A DNA stretch of 17,207 bases from contig JBGSTX010000285.1 in the NCBI GenBank assembly GCA_041736305.1, positions 1 through 17,207 of the forward strand, given 5' to 3'. The stretch is from Oligoflexus sp. GTDB taxonomy: Bacteria; Bdellovibrionota_B; Oligoflexia; Oligoflexales; Oligoflexaceae. The notes beneath the pieces are model-generated. The model did no database searches, had not been told where the DNA came from, and saw only the letters and a list, made by a program, of their open reading frames with translations. Each line of letters opens with the position of its first letter. The first letter of the stretch is position 1. This document shows, piece by piece, positions 8,720 to 16,850 of the stretch. The position numbers and the translations under genes are program-made.

Positions 8720-8806
8720 AGCTTATGCTGGGTTTATTGTTCTCTCAATCGGAACAAGATCCAAGTCGGTGCCTCGGAGTCTCTTCTTGAGGGCTTTGCA
8801 TAAGCT
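8720..8806. other. Three-way-junction-like structured element (candidate ncRNA or leader)
   Basis: Perfect 9-bp closing stem AGCTTATGC/GCATAAGCT enclosing two hairpins (8729-8763 and 8771-8794). Confidence 0.4.
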
Positions 8807-9251
8807 TATGGAATTAATAAGAAAAATGGCGATTCGAGAAAGATGTTTTTATGGGGATAAAAACCCATCTGCGCAGCTTTTAGAAAAAGGTGGCTAGGGA
8901 AAGGAAGCTGAGGAAAGTGAAACAGCAAACCATGCCTTGCCGAAAGTTTTATAACAAATAGACATGAGAATCAGAAATCAGCCTTGATCTCTGGCCAGCT
9001 GCGCAGCTCCCCTTCCACCTATTCGGACCAGGTATAAGATGCGCCACTAGGAACTAAACACGAGCTTTAAGGGCCCGGTCTTATTTCAGCTCGCCAAGTG
9101 CCTTCGCAGGAGGATATGGTGATCGACAGCTGACCCTCGTCTCGTTTGCCAGGAGTACCCAAGTCAGGGTACCGACCCAGTAAAAGATCTTGCGAGGAGA
9201 TGCACACTGTAAAGGCACTGCAGTCGGAGATTGTAAAGGTGAGGAGGCCTT

Positions 9252-9977
9252 ATGCCGCGCACATACAAAAGAAATCTTTATGAGATCAGATTTGATCATG
9301 CCGATCTAAGCAAGGAATGGGTCGAAATAGAAGCTGAAGGGCGGCAGGAGCTAATTGCCAAATTTCTGAGACGATTTCACAATCGGATGGGAGTCGCACA
9401 ACTCGACGAAAGGCGTCGGATCAAATACCAGGTGATCATGCGCAACAAGGGCAGTATGCACGAGGAAGTGTTCTTCGTGTATCCCGATCTCGGATACAAT
9501 ATCAACAATAAGCCTCTGGAGGGCGAAGATCTCGAGCAGACGCTGCGCGACTGGGAGCTACAGACGGAGATCCGTGCTAGCTGTTCAACCCTGCACCTCA
9601 ACCAGAAGGTTGATTGGGAACCCTGGGATCTTTATTACCGAGCCACCCATCCCTATTTAAACGATCCGACAAAAAAATTGCCGCGGGGATTGCGGGAATT
9701 CAAAGTTCGCGAGATGCGTGAAGCGGAAGACGCCTGGCAGAGAGAGGTTATCGGTGGACCGCGATTCGCCGCCGTTGGTGTATTTAGGGATATCGTTTGG
9801 CGGGATCAAGAAATTCGTCTGCAGCCTGACTTCTATCTCTTCATAGTTAAAGGCAAAACCAAACCAGAACCGAAGTACTATCGTATCGATGCCTTCGTTT
9901 CTTTTCAGTACGAAGCAAAGCAAGAGCTCGATCAAAAAGGGTGGCTTCGACTCGAGAACGGTGGTCTGGAAACTTGA
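9252..9977 (+). CDS. Hypothetical cytoplasmic protein (241 aa)
   Basis: Strong RBS GAGGAGG at 9241-9247; long ORF, highly charged, no signal or TM segment; terminator follows. Confidence 0.88.
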   Translation: MPRTYKRNLYEIRFDHADLSKEWVEIEAEGRQELIAKFLRRFHNRMGVAQLDERRRIKYQVIMRNKGSMHEEVFFVYPDLGYNINNKPLEGEDLEQTLRDWELQTEIRASCSTLHLNQKVDWEPWDLYYRATHPYLNDPTKKLPRGLREFKVREMREAEDAWQREVIGGPRFAAVGVFRDIVWRDQEIRLQPDFYLFIVKGKTKPEPKYYRIDAFVSFQYEAKQELDQKGWLRLENGGLET

Positions 9978-9995
9978 AAGATCATTTACTTGCAG

Positions 9996-10029
9996 AGCTC
10001 GGGTACACTTAGCTCGAGCTGAATTTTTT
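9996..10029 (+). terminator. Intrinsic terminator
   Basis: Stem AGCTCGGGT (9996-10004) / GCTCGAGCT (10012-10020) with two G-U pairs, followed by GAATTTTTT and further T-rich sequence, just after the stop at 9977. Confidence 0.65.
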
Positions 10030-10296
10030 CTTGTTTTTCATCATACTTAATCTGTGATTTGCTGAACCCCGGTACTTTCTTCACGTTTTCTGTGGCGTTC
10101 ATCTTTCTCTCTCCGATAAAAATTAACAAGCCCCCTTAAATGCCGGAAGGCGCTTTCGAAGCGTTTAGGAACATGCTATCGATGGGTACTTCGCGAGTCG
10201 CATAGTTGAAAGACTTGCTTGTAAGTCTTGATGGTACACTCTTGAGTGACCCCAGCACAGGCTCCATCTACCCCTTCTCACGAAGGCACGAATTAA

Positions 10297-11649
10297 GTGA
10301 GCAGTGTAAAATCCCATCCCTTAGGGAAGTCCCGGTTAAGACCGAAGCAGCAGCGGCCGTTTGTCCGTTTTCGGACCTCTTCTTCCAAAATTTGCCGTCT
10401 TTTACAAACTAGGCAGCAGATTTTCCGCAGAGCTACTTCTGAAATGTTAGCAAGCCAGGATATAGAGACTCTCCTTCGCCGTATTGTGGGTCTGCTCGTC
10501 CCAGCATTAGGTGATTGGTGCGTGGTTAACCTAGTAGGTTTGGATGGCGGGATGATCCGGGTGACCGACGCTAGGGAAATGCCAGCTGAAAAGCAAGCGG
10601 CTCTCAACGAAATCAGAAGCTCGTTCCCCCTGCATCCCGATGCACCCTTTGGATTGTCGTACGCCATTCGAACGGGTAAAGCGCAGCTTATGCATGGACT
10701 AAGCGAAGAGCATTTTCGTCAGGTGTCAGATGATGCACGTTATCTTGAATTATGGAAGATCGTAGGAGTCGTTTCATTTGTGGCGGTTCCGATTAAGGTT
10801 GGCACGCGCATCTACGGAGGTTTGGGGCTAGATTCTGTAACTCCCCATCGACTCTTTGAGAAATCAGATTTAAAATTCCTCCAAGAAATCGCTGGCCTGA
10901 TAGGTTTGGCCCTCGAGCGCGCTTTTCTTATCAAAGAAGCATCCGATGCAAATCGGCAAAGAGATGAATTCCTCACCATGCTTTCTCACGAGCTGCGCAC
11001 TCCACTCAGCGCCATAATAGGTTGGTCTCAGCTCTTGTCTCGCAAAATGAACGATGCGAATTTCGACATCAAGCAGGCCGCTACGATCATAGAGCGCAAC
11101 GCCCGGCTGCAAAAAGATCTTGTGGACAATATTATCGACCTTTCGCTGGTCGCTACCGAGCGGATGTATATCACCTGGGAAGGCCTGGATCTGATGGACT
11201 GTGTTTTGGCCGTTGTGGAATCTACCCAGCCACTGGCTCACGCGAAATCACTGAGCCTTAACTTTGTGACTCAAGAGTCAGTTGCTTTCATTATGGGCGA
11301 CAGCAGGCGTATGCAGCAGGTTTTCCTTCATCTTCTAAGTAATGCAATTAAATTCACGCCGGCTGGGGGGCGGGTCTTGGTCTCTCTTAAGAGGCAGGGG
11401 ACAGATTTTGTAGTCTCTGTCTGCGATACTGGTGTTGGTATAGATTCTGAGTTTTTGCCGCGTATTTTCAACCGTTTCACGCAGGCGGATAGTTCTATGC
11501 GTCGCTCCAGGGGCGGTTTGGGGCTCGGATTGGCTTTGGTAAGACATATCGTTTCTTTACATGGAGGCACCGTAAAAGCGCTTAGCGAAGGGCATGGTGA
11601 GGGAACTCAAGTGCTCGTCAGCTTGCCTATGAAACCCCCTCGGCTGTAG
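10297..11649 (+). CDS. Cytoplasmic sensor histidine kinase (GAF-HisKA-HATPase_c)
   Basis: GAF start (LLRRIVGLLVPALGDWCVV); H-box FLTMLSHELRTPL; N-box LLSNAIKFT; G1 DTGVGI; G2 GGLGLGL. Start uncertain (GTG 10297, alternative ATG 10444). Confidence 0.93.
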   Translation: MSSVKSHPLGKSRLRPKQQRPFVRFRTSSSKICRLLQTRQQIFRRATSEMLASQDIETLLRRIVGLLVPALGDWCVVNLVGLDGGMIRVTDAREMPAEKQAALNEIRSSFPLHPDAPFGLSYAIRTGKAQLMHGLSEEHFRQVSDDARYLELWKIVGVVSFVAVPIKVGTRIYGGLGLDSVTPHRLFEKSDLKFLQEIAGLIGLALERAFLIKEASDANRQRDEFLTMLSHELRTPLSAIIGWSQLLSRKMNDANFDIKQAATIIERNARLQKDLVDNIIDLSLVATERMYITWEGLDLMDCVLAVVESTQPLAHAKSLSLNFVTQESVAFIMGDSRRMQQVFLHLLSNAIKFTPAGGRVLVSLKRQGTDFVVSVCDTGVGIDSEFLPRIFNRFTQADSSMRRSRGGLGLGLALVRHIVSLHGGTVKALSEGHGEGTQVLVSLPMKPPRL

Positions 11650-11653
11650 AGGT

Positions 11654-12103
11654 CTAGACAACATAAGCTGCGGCAGAGGTCCAGCGCAGAATAAGTGCTA
11701 TAAGTTTGGCTATGTCTATTGGTTTACTCATGAATTCAGAAAACCCCAGAGCCAGACAGCGTTCTCGTTCGCCCGATAAAGCATGGGCTGTTAGAGCTAG
11801 AATAGGCGTCTTATATCCGCTGGCGCGAAGGCGCTCGGTTGTCTCATAGCCATCCAGAATTGGCATCTGTAGATCCATGAGAATCATATCAAACGGACTG
11901 GAGCGAGCAATTTGCTGTAAAGCTTCTTCGCCGTTTGAAGCGAGGTAAACTTCAGCGCCTTGAAACTTCAATATCTCGCTCAAAAGGAGCTGTAGGTCCA
12001 GGGCATCCTCTACCACCAGTATACGCATCCCCACAAGATGCAGCCGTATTCCTGAGCTTTCAGGAAAGGTATTTTGATTTGTTAGCTTCTGTTCTTGCTG
12101 CAT
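11654..12103 (-). CDS. Single-domain response regulator (REC only)
   Basis: RILVVED, DMILMDLQMPILDG (phospho-Asp), LALTAHA, SKP. Start ATG 12103 or TTG 12124. Confidence 0.93.
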   Translation of the reverse strand: MQQEQKLTNQNTFPESSGIRLHLVGMRILVVEDALDLQLLLSEILKFQGAEVYLASNGEEALQQIARSSPFDMILMDLQMPILDGYETTERLRASGYKTPILALTAHALSGERERCLALGFSEFMSKPIDIAKLIALILRWTSAAAYVV

Positions 12104-12449
12104 GAATACACCGCTGAAAATCAATGGGAAGCAGTGTCTGTATAACAGGGCTAGTTTTAAAGGTCAAAGCTTCTCAGCCTGGGAAAGTTCTGGAGTCTCA
12201 AAGACGTACATGCACAGAGAATCAAGAATTACAAATGATTAGGGCCGGTGATGATCAAAATTTGGCCATGTGTGAAGGTCTTTGCCGACTCAGTAGCCGC
12301 TTCTTATAAAAGGACTCAGCCCTGACTTTGCCTCTTGGAAGGAGACGAAATAATCACCCATTACAGGGCGTTCTCGCGCTTTGTAAACCGAGGAAAATGG
12401 AGCTTTCAGCCTCCAAGGAATATATGGCCGCGTTCTTGTATTATCATGA

Positions 12450-12565
12450 GTGAAGCCTGGACCTTGGAATTAGCACCAGGTTGAGTTGAGCTGAAGTTGT
12501 TTACGATATAATTGCTGTGTTCCTACTGCTGTTGTACGGTGAAACTTCCAAGGTCCAGGCTTCAC
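12450..12565. repeat. Perfect 20-bp inverted repeat with 76-bp spacer
   Basis: GTGAAGCCTGGACCTTGGAA (12450-12469) and its exact reverse complement TTCCAAGGTCCAGGCTTCAC (12546-12565). Confidence 0.95.
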
Positions 12566-12614
12566 CTTCGCCTATAGCCTCACTCGGACATTCTTTATCA
12601 ATCTTTGTAATTTT

Positions 12615-13775
12615 TTAAGCACGACCGCGGCAATTCTGATAGTGCTCTTTAACTCGGCCGGAAAACCACGAGGTAGAACGATTTTTTGCCAGTTTAGGCG
12701 AAGATAGCTTGACCACAGGTATCCGAGCATAGGGAGCTGGCCGACCCTTTTTCTTCTCCCAGGCTTCGCGTACTTTCTTCCACGTTGCAGTAGCTTCGAA
12801 ATCCTCTGACTTTTCTTTTTTCGCATCGCGCTTAACGGTCCAAGATGAAAGATCGTTGGTGATTCCAAAACCTAGCATCGCCTGCAGACTCTCCGTTTCC
12901 GTATCGCGAACTTCATTTGTCCCGTCGTAAGACAAGAGATCGCCGTCCAAGGCGAGGTCCTGGCCGGTAAGATCGCTTAGCATCTGCTGAAACGCGGCAT
13001 TGCGGGAGGCATAGACGCCAGCGTTGTAATCAGCGAAGCGGTAAATAATATCGTCGTAGTCGGCTTTATAAGCCAAGAGGCGCGCGGTGCCAATCTTAAT
13101 GCCACCGGCGCGGGTGTAAAGCAGATCACGAATCACATCGTCGCTCAGTCCATCATCATCGAGCACCGTGCGGGCATAGTCGATCTTAACCTGCATAGAG
13201 CCGGCAGTCGTGATGGGGTTGAGATCGCGGAAATTACCTTTCCCCAAAATTTTGGTAATAGTTGAAGCGACGGCATATGTTCCAGGCATCTTTTCCTGAT
13301 AGCTCCGATCCAGTTGTCGAAAGAGCTGATCAAGATCCCGCTCACTATCGAGTTGAGCAATTCTCTTCGAGAAGGATGTACTGGTGCCTGGTACTTTGAG
13401 CGATAAGAGGGCATCGAGGCTAGGCTCAGCCAGCGGGCCCAGAGGCTTAAACTTTTCCTCAAGGCCATTACGTACGATGCGGGGCAATTCACTTACCTTC
13501 GGATCAACCTGAAAGCCCGATTCTTGCTGTATGACCGCTACTACGGCACAGACCCTTTCGGCATTTACTTCTCTTTTAGCTTCCTGAATGGCTTTGGCAA
13601 TATCACTTGCCCAGCCTGCTCGGTCCTTAACCTGAGGCGGGAGCAGCCGTACCACTGCTGCATGGTCGATAGCGGGAGCTTCCGAATTCTCGGAAATATG
13701 GGTCGTACAGCCTTGGAGGCTTAGAAAGACTAAGAGTGTGCTGAAAGCTACAAGGTGTAGATAAGGCTTAAGCAT
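12615..13775 (-). CDS. DUF1615 (YaiW-like) lipoprotein
   Basis: Lipobox LQGC; DRAGWASDI, CAVVAVIQQESGFQVDP, TAGSMQVKIDYA, YRFADYNAGVYASRNAAFQ, LSSPKL as remembered for DUF1615; RBS GGAAGGA. Confidence 0.88.
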   Translation of the reverse strand: MLKPYLHLVAFSTLLVFLSLQGCTTHISENSEAPAIDHAAVVRLLPPQVKDRAGWASDIAKAIQEAKREVNAERVCAVVAVIQQESGFQVDPKVSELPRIVRNGLEEKFKPLGPLAEPSLDALLSLKVPGTSTSFSKRIAQLDSERDLDQLFRQLDRSYQEKMPGTYAVASTITKILGKGNFRDLNPITTAGSMQVKIDYARTVLDDDGLSDDVIRDLLYTRAGGIKIGTARLLAYKADYDDIIYRFADYNAGVYASRNAAFQQMLSDLTGQDLALDGDLLSYDGTNEVRDTETESLQAMLGFGITNDLSSWTVKRDAKKEKSEDFEATATWKKVREAWEKKKGRPAPYARIPVVKLSSPKLAKNRSTSWFSGRVKEHYQNCRGRA

Positions 13776-13973
13776 GGCATCCTTCCTCTAGAAGAAGTCT
13801 CGCGAAGAGCTGGCGCAGTCCTGACATAAATAGCACAGTAGAGCGAGCTTCGCAGGTATTACCGCCCATACTCAGCTGTCTATTTGAGGCAAATGCAGAG
13901 CTGGACAGGCGCTGCGTGGCAGATTACTTTGTTTTAAGTATCAGCGGGTTGAATCTAAGAAAAGGGCACTCAC

Positions 13974-15053
13974 TTGCAAAATCTAAGCAGATACAAAAAT
14001 TGGCTCTGCCTTTTAATCTCAGGACTAAGTTTCAGTTTTTCAGTGGCGGCTCAGCCGCGCGAAAAAGGCGGGGAGCCCGAAGCGAAAACGTCCCCTTTTC
14101 TCCCATCTTGGTCGCCCGAGCAATTTAATCTAGGGCTGGGTCCCATCATCGGTGTGCGTACGCGCAGCGCTGGTCGAGGCGACACGGAATACGATTCAAT
14201 TTCTTCTGAGATAGGTTTAGGAGCGCGGATCCGGGGGATTCCTCTGGTACCCTCTAACCCTGGTATAACGGTCGAGCCCTATGGATCCTATACCTGGGGA
14301 AATCGCACCGAAAAACTGAAAAGCGCCTCTCTTGATCAATCGGAAACCAGTGGATTCCAGCGTTACTGGTACGGCTTCCTCAGCAGGTTCTACTTCAATT
14401 ATCTCCGCTACAGTCTCGATATCGGGACCGGGAACTTGAACTTCGACGATAAAGAATTTACCGACCTTAAAGGCCAGAGGTACATGAATGATTTTGCAAT
14501 ACTGCTCGTACCTTACCTTTCCGCTCACTATACGCTCACCTTCTTCAACCTCATGGAAAGTGACAAATCAAAGCCCACGATAGAAGAGAGAGACCAATGG
14601 TTTCACCTGCGCATGGCTTTTTCGCTTTTTGATTTTTGGCTCGATCTAGGGCCAGGATTCACTACTACCAAGTACAGCGAAAGTTCTGACGGCGGCTTGT
14701 CCCTTGAACGAGCCGAGATAGATCAGAGCTATTTGAAAGCTTTGACGGCCTTTAACATCATCTGGAAACTCGGTGCATCGGGCTCGATCAAATACGTATA
14801 CGATGCGGATAAAATTCAGGACATTCGCGGCGATATCGATCAGCTTCCCAACGAAACCCTCAGCGAAAATAAAAATCTGACTTCCCTGCCCGAGGGCAGC
14901 CTGGAGGCTTCAGCTTTTTTCGGCATTCGTGGCCTCATGGCTGGATTTGGTGTAGGCTGGCAGCTCTATTATCTCGAACTTGATCGGGATGGCCCTGAGA
15001 AAGAAATCTCCAGGGATCAGGGCTTGGTCGTCACTTACGATGGCGGCTTTTGA
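13974..15053 (+). CDS. Probable outer-membrane beta-barrel protein of unknown function
   Basis: TTG start after AAAGGG; signal peptide ending SVAA-Q; many amphipathic aromatic strands (VEPYGSYTWG, YLSAHYTLTF, FGVGWQLYY); C-terminal GLVVTYDGGF beta-signal-like ending. Confidence 0.75.
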   Translation: MQNLSRYKNWLCLLISGLSFSFSVAAQPREKGGEPEAKTSPFLPSWSPEQFNLGLGPIIGVRTRSAGRGDTEYDSISSEIGLGARIRGIPLVPSNPGITVEPYGSYTWGNRTEKLKSASLDQSETSGFQRYWYGFLSRFYFNYLRYSLDIGTGNLNFDDKEFTDLKGQRYMNDFAILLVPYLSAHYTLTFFNLMESDKSKPTIEERDQWFHLRMAFSLFDFWLDLGPGFTTTKYSESSDGGLSLERAEIDQSYLKALTAFNIIWKLGASGSIKYVYDADKIQDIRGDIDQLPNETLSENKNLTSLPEGSLEASAFFGIRGLMAGFGVGWQLYYLELDRDGPEKEISRDQGLVVTYDGGF

Positions 15054-15095
15054 GTCTGGAGCTGTTCTCAGCCCTCTACTTGCTAAGGACGAAGA

Positions 15096-16055
15096 ATGTC
15101 GCATGAAAACATTATTTCAGTCTCCGGCCTGAATAAGACTTACGCTTCGGGATTTCAGGCATTAAAACACGTGGATCTCGAGATCCGCCGCGGTGAAATA
15201 TTTGCGCTTCTCGGGCCGAACGGTGCTGGTAAGACTACCCTCATCAATATCATCTGCGGCATCGTCAACGCCAGCGCAGGGCGGGTCTTAGCTGATGGTC
15301 ACGACATAGCCAAAGAATATCGGGTAGCCCGGGCGTCCATTGGCTTGGTTCCGCAGGAACTCACCAACGACGCGTTCGAAAGCGTTTGGAATACTGTGAA
15401 CTTCTCGCGGGGGCTCTTTGGCAAAGCACCCAATCCATCTTACCTCGAAAAAGTTCTGAAAGATCTCGCGCTCTGGGATAAAAAAGATAACAAGATTATG
15501 ACCCTTTCTGGGGGTATGAAACGCCGGGTGCTCATCGCCAAAGCGCTTTCCCACGAACCAAAAATCTTATTTCTTGACGAGCCGACGGCCGGTGTCGACG
15601 TCGATCTGCGGCGCGACATGTGGGTGATGGTGAGGCATCTAAGAGAAAACGGCGTTACGATCATCCTCACGACGCATTACATCGAAGAGGCTGAAGAAAT
15701 GGCCGATCGTATCGGGATCATCAGCAAAGGCGAGATTATCCTGGTCGAAGACAAAGTAGCTTTGATGCAGAAGCTCGGTAAAAAACAGCTGATCCTCGTC
15801 CTGCAGAGGCCGCTTGAAGCCCTGCCTCCTGCTCTCGCTTCGTTCGAGCTTGAACTATCAGGAGCAGGGACCAAGCTTGTCTACACCTTCGACGCCAAGG
15901 CTGATCCTTCGGCTATCGCTCGCCTCCTTAAGGCTCTCACCGATTTAAGCCTCGACCTCAAAGATTTGCAGACTACGGAGAGTTCGCTGGAAGACATTTT
16001 TGTTGGGCTTCTAAAGGGCGGGGCAAAGAACAGCGCAAAAGGAGGCTCGCGGTGA
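15096..16055 (+). CDS. ABC transporter ATP-binding protein (ABC-2/YadG-like)
   Basis: Walker A GPNGAGKT, signature LSGGMKRR, Walker [10 protein letters not shown]-loop LTTHY. Confidence 0.96.
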   Translation: MSHENIISVSGLNKTYASGFQALKHVDLEIRRGEIFALLGPNGAGKTTLINIICGIVNASAGRVLADGHDIAKEYRVARASIGLVPQELTNDAFESVWNTVNFSRGLFGKAPNPSYLEKVLKDLALWDKKDNKIMTLSGGMKRRVLIAKALSHEPKILFLDEPTAGVDVDLRRDMWVMVRHLRENGVTIILTTHYIEEAEEMADRIGIISKGEIILVEDKVALMQKLGKKQLILVLQRPLEALPPALASFELELSGAGTKLVYTFDAKADPSAIARLLKALTDLSLDLKDLQTTESSLEDIFVGLLKGGAKNSAKGGSR

Positions 16056-16813
16056 ACTATTATGCGATGAAGGCAATCTACAAGTTTGAAATGGCCAGGT
16101 TTTGGCGAACTCTACTGCAGAGCATAGCAGCGCCAGTGATCTCGACTTCACTCTATTTTATCGTTTTTGGATCGGCAATTGGTTCGCGCATGACGGCTAT
16201 CGACAATGTAAGCTATGGTGCTTTTATTGTGCCAGGCCTCATTATGCTCGCTATCTTAGGTGAGAGCATTTCTAATGCTTCCTTTGGAATTTATATGCCC
16301 AAGTGGTCGGGGACTATCTATGAGATCCTATCAGCGCCGATTTCGCCGTTTGAAATAGTCATCGGTTACGTGGGTGCTGCTGCTAGCAAATCGATTATTT
16401 TAGCGCTGATCATACTGGGAACTGCCCGCGCGTTCGTAGATTTTTCCATTATGCATCCTGTATGGATGCTCGCCTTCCTCGTTCTTACTTCGATTACCTT
16501 CAGTCTCTTTGGATTTATCATCGGGATCTGGGCTGATGGATTTGAAAAGCTCCAAATCGTCCCGACTATGATCGTGACGCCACTTACCTTTCTTGGCGGA
16601 AGCTTCTACTCGATCAACATGCTGCCGAGCGTCTGGCAGAAAATTACCCTTTTCAATCCCGTGGTTTACCTTGTGAGTTGCTTTCGCTGGAGCTTTTATG
16701 GAGTTTCCGATGTGAGCGTCGGACTCAGCCTCACCATGACCTGCCTCTTCCTACTCGTCTGCCTAGGAGCCGTCTGGATCATCTTTCGCACTGGCTATAA
16801 GATCAAGTCCTGA
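16052..16813 (+). CDS. ABC-2 type transporter permease (YadH-like)
   Basis: GTGA overlap with the ATPase stop; about six TM helices; [29 protein letters not shown] motifs. Confidence 0.95.
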   Translation: MNYYAMKAIYKFEMARFWRTLLQSIAAPVISTSLYFIVFGSAIGSRMTAIDNVSYGAFIVPGLIMLAILGESISNASFGIYMPKWSGTIYEILSAPISPFEIVIGYVGAAASKSIILALIILGTARAFVDFSIMHPVWMLAFLVLTSITFSLFGFIIGIWADGFEKLQIVPTMIVTPLTFLGGSFYSINMLPSVWQKITLFNPVVYLVSCFRWSFYGVSDVSVGLSLTMTCLFLLVCLGAVWIIFRTGYKIKS

Positions 16814-16850
16814 TCATAATTGACGGAGACTTAATCAAAGAGGAAAACTT

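Noticed and set aside
8764..8772. AGTCGGTGC resembles the 3' end of the SpCas9 tracrRNA
   Set aside because: Only 9 nt, the partner arm GCACCG is missing, and there are no cas genes or repeat-spacer array.
8924..8950. GCAAACC...GAAAG resembling a c-di-GMP-I riboswitch
   Set aside because: No P2 stem around the GAAA and no downstream G(A/G)CGCAAAG element.
9097..9977. Retron-like layout (IR-closed RNA upstream of an ORF)
   Set aside because: The ORF has no YxDD or other reverse-transcriptase motif and no RT gene is in the window.
10206..10412. 68-aa ORF as a frameshifted N-terminus of the kinase
   Set aside because: No recognisable domain or RBS; the kinase frame is already open from 10297 and its GAF domain looks intact.
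13962..13978. GG-N10-GC sigma54-like spacing upstream of the barrel gene
   Set aside because: It lacks the TGGCAC consensus and overlaps the RBS and start codon.
213..15874. Remaining short ORFs in the track (e.g. 213-395, 2399-2722, 4411-4773, 5680-5934, 8685-8897, 10293-10667, 12124-12309, 13145-13492)
   Set aside because: Nested in or antisense to well-supported genes, or lacking RBS and motifs.
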